A DNA stretch of 64,000 nt from Eubacteriales bacterium (GTDB lineage: Bacteria > Bacillota > Clostridia > Oscillospirales > CAG-382), in contig JAZQKV010000049.1 in assembly GCA_045542335.1 (NCBI GenBank), positions 10-64,009 of the forward strand, written 5' to 3'. Shown here one piece after another: positions 9,760 to 19,461 of this stretch (its first letter is position 1; each line of letters begins with the position of its first letter). The notes under the pieces are model-generated. The model was not told the DNA's origin, did no database searches, and saw only the letters and a list, made by a program, of their open reading frames with translations. The translations under genes were made by a program, and so were the position numbers.

Positions 9760-10716
9760 ATGAAAAAGATTATTGCATTGGCTCTTTGCGCACTTATGTG
9801 CATGACAGCACTTGTTGGCTGCGGAACAAAGGACGACGGAAAATACACAATCGGTATTTGCCAGCTCGCTCCTCATGTGGCTCTTGATGCGGCTACACAG
9901 GGCTTTAAGGACGCAGTTGTTGCGGCTCTTGGCGAAGAGAATGTTGATTTTATCGAACAGAATGCGGCAGGCGAAAACAGCACAGCCGTTACGATTGTCA
10001 ATGACTTTGTAACAAAGGACGTTGACCTTATCATGGCAAACGCAACAGGTGCACTTCAGGCGGCTGCAAATGCAACAGCTGACATTCCTGTTCTCGGAAC
10101 ATCCATTACCGAATATGGCGTTGCTCTCGGAATTGACAATTTTGACGGCGTTGTTGGTACAAACATTTCCGGTACATCTGACCTTGCACCCCTTGACGAT
10201 CAGGCACAGATGATTATTGACCTTTTCCCTGAAACAAAGAAGGTTGGTATCCTCTTCTGCTCTGCGGAAGCAAACTCCAGATACCAGGTTGACGTTGTAA
10301 AGGCATATCTTGAAGGCAAGGGCATTACCGTTACAGAGTATTCCTTCACAGACTCCTCCGACATCGCAACAGTAGCTGCGGCGTGTGCGGCTGACTCCGA
10401 TGTGATTTATGTTCCTACAGATAACAAGGCGGCTGAATGTGCAGAGACAATCAACAACGTTGTTCTCCCCACAAAGACTCCTATTATCACAGGTGACTCC
10501 GGTACTTGTACAGGATGTGGCGTTGCTTGCTACTCAATCAGCTACTATGAGCTCGGCAAGAAGACCGGTAACATGGCGGTAGACGTTCTCACAGGAAAAG
10601 CAGACATCTCCGAAATGGCTATCGACTACGACCCCAACCCTGTTAAGCAGTATAATGCGGCAATCTGCGAAGAACTCGGTGTCGAACTTCCCGAAGAATA
10701 TGAGCCTATCGAATAA
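9760..10716 (+). CDS. ABC transporter substrate-binding lipoprotein (ABC_sub_bind / TrpX-like family)
   Basis: The start was trimmed to MKKIIALALCALMCMTALVGCGTKD, which carries a lipobox (LVGC); the SD GAGAGGAAG lies upstream. KYTIGICQLAPHVALDAATQGF is typical of the PF04392-type binding proteins. Confidence 0.8.
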   Translation: MKKIIALALCALMCMTALVGCGTKDDGKYTIGICQLAPHVALDAATQGFKDAVVAALGEENVDFIEQNAAGENSTAVTIVNDFVTKDVDLIMANATGALQAAANATADIPVLGTSITEYGVALGIDNFDGVVGTNISGTSDLAPLDDQAQMIIDLFPETKKVGILFCSAEANSRYQVDVVKAYLEGKGITVTEYSFTDSSDIATVAAACAADSDVIYVPTDNKAAECAETINNVVLPTKTPIITGDSGTCTGCGVACYSISYYELGKKTGNMAVDVLTGKADISEMAIDYDPNPVKQYNAAICEELGVELPEEYEPIE

Positions 10717-10741
10717 AATTTGTTAATTTATCATACGGATT

Positions 10742-10773
10742 GTGCCGCCGCTTTTGTCGCTGCGGCACTTTTC
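10742..10773 (+). terminator. Intra-operon hairpin with a short T tract (possible partial terminator or attenuator between the binding-protein and permease genes)
   Basis: GTGCCGC (10742-10748) pairs with GCGGCAC (10762-10768), with 2 further inner pairs, then TTTT. Confidence 0.4.
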
Positions 10774-10792
10774 GGCGAAATTGGAGTAAACA

Positions 10793-11713
10793 ATGAATAT
10801 TTTAAAGGTGTTCAATGCCTTGCCGGGTGCTGTGGATCAGGGTATAATCTGGGGCATAATGGCGATAGGCGTTTTTATAACTTACAAGGTGCTTGATATT
10901 GCGGACCTTTCTGTTGACGGCTCGATTGTTACGGGCATGGCGGTGTGTACCGTGCTTATTACGGGAGGCTGCAATGTATGGCTTGCCATGCTTGTGGCAA
11001 TAATGGCAGGTATGCTGGCAGGACTTCTTACGGGCGTTTTCCACACATTTCTCGGTATACCTGCGATTCTTGCAGGTATTCTGACACAGCTTATTCTGTG
11101 GTCGGTTAACCTGAAAATCATGGGAAAGGCAAACCTTCCGCTTCCTGTTCTCAAGTATGACCTTATCCTCAGCGGAAGATATGTGTATGTATCTATGGCA
11201 ACGCTTGCACTTTTTGTCGTTGTTATTATCGCACTTACCTATTGCTTTTTCGGCACACGCTTCGGCACAGCCGTCAGAGCCACGGGATGCAATGAACGTA
11301 TGGCAAGAGCCCAGGGCGTAAATACCGATGTAATCAAGGTTGTGGGACTTATCCTCTCCAACGGACTTGTTGCCCTTTCGGGTGCGCTTCTTGCACAGTA
11401 TCAGGGAAATGCCGATATAAATAACGGCAGAGGTATAATAGTTATAGGACTTGCGGCGGTTATTATAGGCGACGTTATCTTCTCGCTTCTTCCTGTTAAG
11501 GCACAGAATTTTGCGGTGCGCCTTTTCTGCGTGGTGCTTGGTGGCGTTATCTATCAGAGCGTGTACCAGGTTGTCATTTTCATGGGAATCGACGCAGAGC
11601 TTCTCAAGATGTTCTCGGCAATTGTTGTTGCAATTTTCCTTGCCGTTCCCTATATCAAAAAAACTTATTTTACCGCACCTGTACATAATAAAAAGCACAA
11701 GGAGGTTGAATAA
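10793..11713 (+). CDS. ABC transporter permease (partner of the PF04392-type binding protein)
   Basis: 306-aa polytopic membrane protein lying between the binding-protein and ATPase genes. Its stop is 1 nt before the next start. Confidence 0.8.
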   Translation: MNILKVFNALPGAVDQGIIWGIMAIGVFITYKVLDIADLSVDGSIVTGMAVCTVLITGGCNVWLAMLVAIMAGMLAGLLTGVFHTFLGIPAILAGILTQLILWSVNLKIMGKANLPLPVLKYDLILSGRYVYVSMATLALFVVVIIALTYCFFGTRFGTAVRATGCNERMARAQGVNTDVIKVVGLILSNGLVALSGALLAQYQGNADINNGRGIIVIGLAAVIIGDVIFSLLPVKAQNFAVRLFCVVLGGVIYQSVYQVVIFMGIDAELLKMFSAIVVAIFLAVPYIKKTYFTAPVHNKKHKEVE

Positions 11714-11714
11714 G

Positions 11715-12509
11715 ATGCTTGAAATAAAAGGTATAACAAAAGTATTCAACCCCGGAACGGTAAACGAAAAGGTTGCGCTTAATGACCTTTCGCTGACGCT
11801 CAACGATGGAGATTTTGTGACAGTAATAGGCGGAAACGGAGCGGGCAAATCAACGCTTCTCAACGCTGTTGCGGGGACTTATTTGGTTGATGAAGGAAGT
11901 ATTCACATTGACGGTCACGACGTGACAAAGCTTCCCGAATACAAAAGAGCATCATTTATCGGCAGAGTTTTTCAGGATCCGATGGTTGGAACGGCCGGGG
12001 AAATGTGGCTTGAGGACAACATGGTGCTTGCCATGCTCAGAGGAAAGAAAAAGAACTTCAAGTGGGCAATTACCAAAAAGGAGAGAGAGTTGTTCAGGCA
12101 ACAGCTTTCCACCCTCGACCTCGGTCTTGAAAACAGACTTTCTGCAAAGGTTGGACTTTTTTCAGGTGGACAGAGGCAGGCTGTGACGCTTCTTATGGCG
12201 TCGATGAACAGACCAAAGCTTCTTTTGCTTGACGAGCACACCGCTGCGCTTGACCCGAAAACTGCCGCAAAGGTGCTTGACATAACAAATCAGATTGTAT
12301 CCGAAAACAAGCTGACGACGCTTATGATAACCCACAACATGAAGGATGCGCTTCGTCTTGGCAACAGGCTTATAATGATGCATGACGGAAAGATTATCTT
12401 TGATGTTAGCGGCGAGGAAAAGCAGCAGCTTACCGTTGCGGATTTGCTCGGAAAATTTGAGCAGGCAAGCAATGGTGAATTTGCCAATGACAGGATGCTG
12501 TTGGCGTGA
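11715..12509 (+). CDS. ABC transporter ATP-binding protein
   Basis: The start was trimmed to MLEIKGITKVF (SD AAGGAGG upstream; track start 11511 lies inside the permease gene). Walker A GGNGAGKST, signature FSGGQRQ, Walker B LLLLDEHTAALD. Confidence 0.9.
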   Translation: MLEIKGITKVFNPGTVNEKVALNDLSLTLNDGDFVTVIGGNGAGKSTLLNAVAGTYLVDEGSIHIDGHDVTKLPEYKRASFIGRVFQDPMVGTAGEMWLEDNMVLAMLRGKKKNFKWAITKKERELFRQQLSTLDLGLENRLSAKVGLFSGGQRQAVTLLMASMNRPKLLLLDEHTAALDPKTAAKVLDITNQIVSENKLTTLMITHNMKDALRLGNRLIMMHDGKIIFDVSGEEKQQLTVADLLGKFEQASNGEFANDRMLLA

Positions 12510-12530
12510 AATATTGAAAATTAAACTATG

Positions 12531-12569
12531 GGCGGAGAGCTTTTTGATGAGGCTCTCCGCTTTGGTTTT
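12531..12569 (+). terminator. Intrinsic terminator after the ABC operon
   Basis: GCGGAGAGC (12532-12540) pairs with GCTCTCCGC (12552-12560), followed by TTTGGTTTT. Confidence 0.7.
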
Positions 12570-12692
12570 GATGGCAAGTGTGCTAATGCAAGCAATCACT
12601 ATACTCACATATTTAAAAAAACCCCGATGATTTTGACATATTTACGGTGTATAATAGTAAACGTGGAATTATTATCAAATGAGGTGGTTTGA

Positions 12693-13286
12693 ATGAATCA
12701 ACCCGAAAACAATAAAAAATCCCCCGAAAATGAGGGCGCAAATAAAAGAATATCGGCAAAACAGGCGGCAAGGGATATTTATGAGTATCTTTCGATGTTT
12801 GTTATGGCTTTGTGCGGGGTTATTTTCATCTTTACTTTGGTGGGACACATTGTTACTGTCGACGGAAGCTCGATGACAAATACTTTGCAGCATCTTGACA
12901 GGCTTGTTGTTTCAAGAATCGGGTATGAACCGACAAAAGGCGATATTGTTATTCTTCGCACTGATGCCTACGGGGATAATGCGCTTGTTAAAAGGGTTAT
13001 TGCAACAGAGGGGGATGTTATTGATATTGAACCTGAAACCTGGACAGTAACCGTAAACGGAGAAAAGATTGATGAGCCTTATATCAGATTTGTGGAAGGT
13101 CAACCAATGAATATCGGTAAGGATATGTATCCTCTTGAAATCAAAAAAGGCGAAATGTTTGTTATGGGCGATAATCGCAACGGTTCTTCCGACAGCAGAA
13201 TGTTCGGGACGGTTGATGTCAGAGATTGCCTTGGAAAGGTTTATTTCAGGATTTTTCCGCTTGGCGGATTTGGTGTTGTTGAATAG
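12693..13286 (+). CDS. lepB: Signal peptidase I
   Basis: N-terminal TM anchor, catalytic Ser box GSSMTNTL, Lys box VKRVIATEGD and GDNRNGSSDSR. The SD GAGGTGG lies upstream. Confidence 0.9.
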   Translation: MNQPENNKKSPENEGANKRISAKQAARDIYEYLSMFVMALCGVIFIFTLVGHIVTVDGSSMTNTLQHLDRLVVSRIGYEPTKGDIVILRTDAYGDNALVKRVIATEGDVIDIEPETWTVTVNGEKIDEPYIRFVEGQPMNIGKDMYPLEIKKGEMFVMGDNRNGSSDSRMFGTVDVRDCLGKVYFRIFPLGGFGVVE

Positions 13287-13369
13287 TATTGAATTTTAAA
13301 TGTAACGTTGTGCTATATTTTATATAAAAATGATATTGACGGCTTTATGCCGGTGAAGTTTGAGGTTTT

Positions 13370-14317
13370 ATGGCAGTAAAAAAGAATAATAACTGGAAGC
13401 CCAAAGGCGGCTTCAAAAAAAAGAAGAAACCGGAAAATGATGCCCCTGTTCAGGAGAGAAGAATTTCCAAGATAATTCAGTGGTATCCCGGTCATATGGC
13501 AAAGGCAAGACGACAGATTACGGAAGATTTGAGCATGGTTGACATTGCGATTGAGCTTTGTGACTCACGAATCCCTGTTTCAAGCCGTAACCCGAAGATT
13601 GATGAGATTCTGAATGGCAAGCCACGAATTCTTGTTATGAACAAAGCTTCTCTTGCTGACCCGAGAATGTGCGATGTGTGGCGTGAACGTCTTAAGAAGC
13701 AAGGCGATACGGTGGTATTTACCGATTGTGTTACAGGTCAAGGGGTTTCGGATATTGTTCCGGCAATAAGGGAAATTCTTGCGGACAAGCTTGCAAGGTT
13801 TGAGGCAAAGGGAATGAGTGGCAGGCTTCCGAGGGCGATGATTCTCGGCGTGACCAATTGCGGAAAATCAACTCTTGTAAATAAGCTTTGCGGCAGGGTA
13901 AAGGCAAAGGCAGAGGACAGACCGGGTGTTACCCGTGAAAATAAATGGATTACCGTCAGGGACAGCATTGAGCTTCTTGACACTCCGGGTATTCTGTGGC
14001 CGAAATTTGACGACGAAGAAACAGGACTTATGCTCGCTTTTACCGGCGCGATAAGGGATGAGATTCTCGACAGGGAAGAAGTTGCGGTGTTGCTTTGTGA
14101 AAAGCTTGTTCAGATGTATCCCGAGTTGCTATGCGAAAGATATGGACTTGAAATGTCCGAAATTGAGGGACTTATGCACTATGAAGTGTTTGAGCTTATC
14201 GGCAGGAAAAGAGGCTTTCTGATTTCCGGCGGCGAGGTGGATTATCTCAGATGCGCTGTGATGCTGCTTGACGAATTCAGAGCAGGAAAGATTGGCAGAA
14301 TGACTCTTGAACAGTAA
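13370..14317 (+). CDS. rbgA: Ribosome biogenesis GTPase A (YlqF/RbgA)
   Basis: IQWYPGHMAKARR and a circularly permuted GTPase motif order: NKAS, then GVTNCGKSTLVN, then DTPG. Confidence 0.9.
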   Translation: MAVKKNNNWKPKGGFKKKKKPENDAPVQERRISKIIQWYPGHMAKARRQITEDLSMVDIAIELCDSRIPVSSRNPKIDEILNGKPRILVMNKASLADPRMCDVWRERLKKQGDTVVFTDCVTGQGVSDIVPAIREILADKLARFEAKGMSGRLPRAMILGVTNCGKSTLVNKLCGRVKAKAEDRPGVTRENKWITVRDSIELLDTPGILWPKFDDEETGLMLAFTGAIRDEILDREEVAVLLCEKLVQMYPELLCERYGLEMSEIEGLMHYEVFELIGRKRGFLISGGEVDYLRCAVMLLDEFRAGKIGRMTLEQ

Positions 14318-14332
14318 AGGGAGAATGTTGGA

Positions 14333-14986
14333 ATGAATAATCTGACGTGGCGTTATGAGGACGAGTATTCTCCCCTCGGAATTGTGTGCGGCACAGATGA
14401 GGCAGGCAGAGGTCCGCTTGCAGGCCGTGTCTATGCGGCGGCGGTTGTTTTGCCGAGAGAGGGCGCAGAGGAGCTTGTGAGCTTGCTTGACGATTCAAAA
14501 AAGCTTTCGGAAAAAAAGCGTGATATGCTTGCACAGCGCATAAAAAATGAGGCGGTTTCGTGGTGCATTGCTTTTTCCGAGGTTGAAGAGATTGAGAGCA
14601 TGAATATTCTTGAAGCCTCGCTTCTTGCAATGAGGCGTGCAATCAGCGGTCTTTCCGTGAAGTGTGCAACGGCTCTTGTTGACGGCAACATGGAAAGAGG
14701 TTTTGAAAGAATTGGCATAAATGCAAAAGCGATTGTTGGCGGCGATGGTATTTCGCCCTCAATTGCGGCGGCATCTATACTTGCAAAAACGGAAAGAGAC
14801 AAATACTGTGTTGAGGTTTTGCACGCAAATTATCCCCAATATGCTTTTGATAAACATAAGGGATATGGTACAAAAGTGCATTATGAAGCGGTGGAAAAAT
14901 ATGGACTTTGTCCGCTTCACAGGCAAAGCTTTTTCAAAAAATATTTTGAAAAAAAGGCGGCAAAAGAGGAAAAATCAGGTGAATGA
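14333..14986 (+). CDS. rnhB: Ribonuclease HII
   Basis: GTDEAGRGPLAGRV active-site motif; the length and remaining sequence are typical of RNase HII. Confidence 0.9.
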   Translation: MNNLTWRYEDEYSPLGIVCGTDEAGRGPLAGRVYAAAVVLPREGAEELVSLLDDSKKLSEKKRDMLAQRIKNEAVSWCIAFSEVEEIESMNILEASLLAMRRAISGLSVKCATALVDGNMERGFERIGINAKAIVGGDGISPSIAAASILAKTERDKYCVEVLHANYPQYAFDKHKGYGTKVHYEAVEKYGLCPLHRQSFFKKYFEKKAAKEEKSGE

Positions 14987-15407
14987 CAACGATTTCTACA
15001 TGAGTGCCGAGGAGGTTGCAAGATATAAAGGCAACGTTGGCGAGGATTTTGCCTGCGAGGTGCTTATTTCAAAAGGACACACAATTCTTTGCAGAAATTA
15101 CACTTGTCGGGGCGGAGAAATAGATATAATTTCAAAGATTGGCAAATATATTGTATTTACAGAGGTAAAAATGAGAAGCGGCACATGGTCCCCGATGGCA
15201 TCGGTTACAAGAAAGAAAATTGAAACCGTTAAAAAATGTGCACTTGCTTTCCTTGCCGAAAAGGGTATGCCTGACGGCGTTGGTCCGGACGGGACAATGA
15301 GCGTGAGAATAGACATTATTGCCCTCAGACAGCAAAGCGACGGAATTTCGTTGCTTTCCCATATTGAGGGACTTAATCTGCTTCCGAACACGGCGAAAAG
15401 GTTCTGA
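14979..15407 (+). CDS. yraN: YraN family (UPF0102) endonuclease-like protein
   Basis: GEDFACEVL...GGEIDIIS...VFTEVKMR matches the YraN family. The start is uncertain: the GTG at 14979 has AGAGGA 8 nt upstream and overlaps the rnhB stop by 8 nt. The alternative ATG at 15000 has no SD. The track start 14721 lies inside rnhB. Confidence 0.75.
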   Translation: MNDNDFYMSAEEVARYKGNVGEDFACEVLISKGHTILCRNYTCRGGEIDIISKIGKYIVFTEVKMRSGTWSPMASVTRKKIETVKKCALAFLAEKGMPDGVGPDGTMSVRIDIIALRQQSDGISLLSHIEGLNLLPNTAKRF

Positions 15408-15445
15408 TTTTTACTTAATACATATTGTAAAAGGAGCCACCCGAA

Positions 15446-16369
15446 ATGAAGCTTGCGGATTTGCATTGTGATACTCCCTACGAGCTTTATAAGCGAAAAA
15501 CTTCCCTTTATGACGGAAACACTGCATTTACTGTTGAAAAATGCGAAAAATCGGATATTCACAGCGTGCTTCAGGTTATGGCGTTCTGGTCTGACCCAAA
15601 AAGAAGTCCGGATGAATGTTATTCTGATTTTTTTGCCATGTTTGAAAATCTCGGAAGAGAAATTGAAGAATGTAGCTTGAAAACGTCTGCAGAGCTTCCC
15701 GTTATCATTCCCTCGATTGAGGGCGCAAGACTTGTTGGCGATAACCTTTCAAGGCTTGCTGTGCTTCGTGAATACGGAGTGCGTGTGCTGACACCGGTGT
15801 GGGGAGGAAATGAGCTTTGCGGAGGGGCGTATGACTCGGAGGAGGGGCTTACGGATTTCGGCAAAAAGCTTATTAAGGAATGTGAGACGCTGGGGATTAC
15901 GGTTGACGTTTCCCATATGTCGGAAAAGAGTTTCTGGGATACGGTGAACATTTCGCAAAAGCCAATTGTGGCAACACATTCAAATGCTGCTGCTATTTGC
16001 GGTCACAGGCGCAATCTTTCGGATACACAGGTGAGAACAATTGCAGGAAGCGGCGGAGTTATTGGTGTGAGCGTGTGTGCGAAGCACATTGCGGGAAAAT
16101 ATGCAGAGGTGCTTCCTGATGATGCAGAGCTTTTTGTAAAGGAATTTTGCGATCACATTGAGCATTATATAGGGCTTGGCGATGTGGTTTCGGGTTGCAT
16201 TTGTCTTGGCTGCGATTTTGATGGTACGCAAACCTCTGTCGGAATAACGGATGTTTCGTGTATGACAAAGGTTGAAAAAGAGCTTTTGGCGAGAGGAATC
16301 GGCAAAGGAGCTGCAGAGGGAGTAATGTGGAAAAATGCGGTGGATTTTTTTGACCGCATACTTAAATAA
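15446..16369 (+). CDS. Membrane dipeptidase family (peptidase M19) protein
   Basis: ADLHCDT at the N-terminus, ATHSNA and GCDFDG metal-ligand motifs. The SD AAAGGAG lies upstream. Confidence 0.85.
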   Translation: MKLADLHCDTPYELYKRKTSLYDGNTAFTVEKCEKSDIHSVLQVMAFWSDPKRSPDECYSDFFAMFENLGREIEECSLKTSAELPVIIPSIEGARLVGDNLSRLAVLREYGVRVLTPVWGGNELCGGAYDSEEGLTDFGKKLIKECETLGITVDVSHMSEKSFWDTVNISQKPIVATHSNAAAICGHRRNLSDTQVRTIAGSGGVIGVSVCAKHIAGKYAEVLPDDAELFVKEFCDHIEHYIGLGDVVSGCICLGCDFDGTQTSVGITDVSCMTKVEKELLARGIGKGAAEGVMWKNAVDFFDRILK

Positions 16370-16407
16370 AGCTTTTTACTTTCACATAACAGAAAGGATT
16401 TTGAAAA

Positions 16408-17898
16408 ATGAATTACACAAGCACAAGGAACACAGCAAAGGTTCTTGCGGCAAAAAGTGCCGCACAGGTAATTAAGCAGGGCATCGCCGAGGATGGCGGA
16501 CTTTTTATGCCCGAAAGAATCCCGACAATTGACGGCGATTTTATAAAGTCGCTTATTCCTTTGGGATATGTTGAAAGAGCCGCAAAGGTTCTTGGACTTT
16601 TCCTTGAAGATTATACAGAAGAAGAGCTTCTCAAAGCTGCAGGGGCGGCTTATTCCGAGGAGAAATTTGTTGGCGGCGCAGCCCCCCTTAGCGCACTTGG
16701 GGACACCCATAGAATACTTGAATTGTGGCATGGCCCTACCTGTGCTTTCAAAGATATGGCACTTCAGATTATGCCTCGTCTTCTCTCGGTGGCACTTGGC
16801 AAAACCGGAGAGCAAAGAACTGCTTTCATTCTTGTTGCAACCTCCGGTGACACCGGAAAAGCGGCACTTGAAGGATATGCAGATGCGGACAAGGTTAAGA
16901 TAATGGTGTTTTATCCGGAAGACGGCGTGAGCGCAATGCAGAAGCTTCAGATGACCTCTCAGAAGGGTGGAAATGTTTATGTTTGCGCTATCAAGGGCAA
17001 CTTTGATGATGCACAAAGCGGAGTGAAAAAGATTTTCTCCGATGCTCAAACCGCCGCAGAGCTTGACAGCATGGGATATTTTCTTTCAAGTGCAAACTCA
17101 ATTAACTGGGGAAGACTTGCACCTCAGATTGTTTATTATATCAGCGCGTATTGCGATATGCTTGCCGCAGAGGATATAAAGCCGGGAGATGTGATTGACA
17201 TAACTGTTCCCACAGGAAACTTCGGCAATATTTTTGCCGCATATATTGCAAAGAGAATGGGGCTTCCCGTTCGTCGCCTTATCTGCGCTTCCAACAGCAA
17301 CAATATTCTCACCGATTTTATTAAGACCGGAACTTATGACCGCAATCGTGCATTCCACACAACCATGTCACCGTCTATGGATATTCTCATTTCCTCAAAC
17401 CTTGAAAGACTTCTTTACACAATTGCAGGCGCACAAAAGACAGCAGGCTGGATGAAAGAGCTTGCCGAAACGGGCAAATACACCGTTGACCCTGAAACAT
17501 TTGCCAAGATAACCGAAACTTTTGAAGCCGAATTCTGCTCTGAGGAAAACACTGCCGCAACCATCAAGGCAACCTTTGAGGAGTATTCCTATCTTATTGA
17601 CACCCACACGGCAGTAGGTCTTTACTGCTCAAAGAAATGCGACAAAAAGGACGGTGTTAAGATTGTCACCGCTTCCACCGCAAGTCCTTATAAATTTGCG
17701 GCAGATGTTCTTGCATCTCTTGGCGAAAAGGATATTCCTGAGGGATTTGACGTTGTGAGAAAGCTCAGCGAAATAACAAAAACAGAAATTCCTGCGCCTC
17801 TTGCGGCTCTTGAGGGTGCAGAAATCAGATTCCCCAAGTCCGTCGGCAAGAGTGCAGACGAAATGTGGGACGAGGCAAAGGCATGGCTTATTGGCTGA
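16408..17898 (+). CDS. thrC: Threonine synthase
   Basis: 496 aa. MNYTSTRN..., HGPTCAFKDMALQ (PLP lysine) and ATSGDTG. Confidence 0.9.
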   Translation: MNYTSTRNTAKVLAAKSAAQVIKQGIAEDGGLFMPERIPTIDGDFIKSLIPLGYVERAAKVLGLFLEDYTEEELLKAAGAAYSEEKFVGGAAPLSALGDTHRILELWHGPTCAFKDMALQIMPRLLSVALGKTGEQRTAFILVATSGDTGKAALEGYADADKVKIMVFYPEDGVSAMQKLQMTSQKGGNVYVCAIKGNFDDAQSGVKKIFSDAQTAAELDSMGYFLSSANSINWGRLAPQIVYYISAYCDMLAAEDIKPGDVIDITVPTGNFGNIFAAYIAKRMGLPVRRLICASNSNNILTDFIKTGTYDRNRAFHTTMSPSMDILISSNLERLLYTIAGAQKTAGWMKELAETGKYTVDPETFAKITETFEAEFCSEENTAATIKATFEEYSYLIDTHTAVGLYCSKKCDKKDGVKIVTASTASPYKFAADVLASLGEKDIPEGFDVVRKLSEITKTEIPAPLAALEGAEIRFPKSVGKSADEMWDEAKAWLIG

Positions 17899-17929
17899 TT
17901 TGACTTTGTTATTATTTGATAATGAAAAT

Positions 17930-17965
17930 GGGATTGTATCATATGCGATACAATCCCGTTTTTTA
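17930..17965. terminator. Bidirectional intrinsic terminator between thrC and ispF
   Basis: GGGATTGTATC (17930-17940) pairs with GATACAATCCC (17947-17957). T-rich sequence follows on the plus strand and A-rich sequence precedes it. Confidence 0.8.
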
Positions 17966-17985
17966 TTTTGCGATTATGGATGTTT

Positions 17986-18468
17986 TTAAAGCTTTTCCAT
18001 AAGGACGACTGCATGAGCTGAAATACCTTCCTCGTGCCCTGTGAAGCCGAGCTTTTCTTCGGTTGTTGCTTTGATGTTTATGCAATCAATGCAAACGCTT
18101 AAAGTGTTGGCGATGTTTTGGCGCATTGTCTGAATGTGGGGCAACAGCTTTGGCTTTTGGGCAATGACGGTGATGTCTGCGTTTGAAAGAGTGTAGCCTT
18201 TTTCTTTGCAAAGGTTTACCACATGCCTAAGAAGCTTTATGCTTGAAATATCTTTATAATTGTCATCTGTGTCGGGGAAATGCTTTCCGATGTCGCCAAG
18301 GGCAAGCGCTCCGAGCATTGCGTCCATGAGGGCGTGAACAAGGACATCTGCATCTGAATGACCGAGAAGTCCGAGTGTGTGCGGAATTTCAACTCCGCCG
18401 AGAATCAGCTTTCTGTTTTCGGTGAGTCTGTGAACGTCATAGCCATGACCGATTCTTATGTTGCTCAT
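17986..18468 (-). CDS. ispF: 2-C-methyl-D-erythritol 2,4-cyclodiphosphate synthase
   Basis: The start was trimmed to [15 protein letters not shown] (SD AGGAGG upstream). [12 protein letters not shown] motif. 160 aa. Confidence 0.9.
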   Translation of the reverse strand: MSNIRIGHGYDVHRLTENRKLILGGVEIPHTLGLLGHSDADVLVHALMDAMLGALALGDIGKHFPDTDDNYKDISSIKLLRHVVNLCKEKGYTLSNADITVIAQKPKLLPHIQTMRQNIANTLSVCIDCINIKATTEEKLGFTGHEEGISAHAVVLMEKL

Positions 18469-18487
18469 GTGTGTTTTCCTCCTGAGA

Positions 18488-19258
18488 TCAGATTTTGTCC
18501 GGGGTTCGTGATTGCAAAATGGCATTGGCAATTGCGATATCTTCGGGATAGGTGATTTTGATGTTCTGCGAGCTTGCCTCGGAAAGCATGATTTCAAAAC
18601 CTGCCTCGGAAACAAGGCTGCTGTCATCGGTGAAATCAACGACACTCTTTCCATCATCTTGTGCTTTTTTGCGTGCAATGGAAAGGGCGGTGTGATAAAT
18701 GTCTGTTGAAAAAACCTGCGGAGTTGAAATGAGGAAAAGTCCGTCACGCTCAACGGAGTCTGTTACACGAAGTCCCTTTGAAGCTCGTTTTACTGTGTCC
18801 CGGACTCTTACCGCACAAACGCCGCTACCGTATTTTGCCGCTGTTTTTATGGCGGCATCAATTTCGGCGGTTGTTATAAGAGGTCTTGCGCCATCGTGAA
18901 TTGCAACAAAATCCGTCTGACCGTCCTTCATGGCGTGGATAAATGCGTTTGAAACAGATTCGGAGCGTGTGTCACCGCCTTTGACAACGCCTTTAAGCTT
19001 GGGGTATTTTCCCGTTTTCACAATTTCATTGTATATTGGCAAATCGTCGCCTTTTGCGCTTATAAATATTCTGCCCACAGCCTGACAAGCTGAAAAAGCC
19101 TCGATACTGTAATCAATGACACGTTTTCCGCAAAGCTCTATAAGCGGCTTTGATACCCCGCCCATTCTGCTTCCGCTTCCGCCTGCCGCAATAATAACGG
19201 TAACTTCGCCTTTGGGATATTTGTTAAGCTTATAAGCAACAGAATTGAATATGTTCAT
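18488..19258 (-). CDS. ispD: 2-C-methyl-D-erythritol 4-phosphate cytidylyltransferase
   Basis: The start was trimmed to MNIFNSV... (SD GGAGG upstream). [13 protein letters not shown] nucleotide-binding motif. Confidence 0.85.
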   Translation of the reverse strand: MNIFNSVAYKLNKYPKGEVTVIIAAGGSGSRMGGVSKPLIELCGKRVIDYSIEAFSACQAVGRIFISAKGDDLPIYNEIVKTGKYPKLKGVVKGGDTRSESVSNAFIHAMKDGQTDFVAIHDGARPLITTAEIDAAIKTAAKYGSGVCAVRVRDTVKRASKGLRVTDSVERDGLFLISTPQVFSTDIYHTALSIARKKAQDDGKSVVDFTDDSSLVSEAGFEIMLSEASSQNIKITYPEDIAIANAILQSRTPDKI

Positions 19259-19461
19259 ATAACCTCCGGGTGAATGGAAAATTCTAAACAAAGATGAAAT
19301 CTTTGACAAAAAGTAACTTTTACTCCACTCTGTTTCTCACATTTTACTCCTTTTGTTTCACATGGTGCGAAACTCATTGTAAAGGGTTTGTGAATTTAAA
19401 GGACTTTTTACAAAAAAACGCACATATAATCATAAAAACGGAAAGGATTGGTGAGGACAAG

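Noticed and set aside
17986-19309. The long 5' extensions given in the ORF track for ispF (to 18753) and ispD (to 19309). The same issue occurs at 11511, 14721, 27959-28627, 28537, 29451, 20799, 35972, 37548, 44813, 46277 and 53921.
   Set aside because: The extensions run into upstream genes or promoters and lack SD sites. Internal start codons preceded by AGGAGG-like sites give proteins that begin where the homologous families begin. The coordinates were trimmed accordingly.
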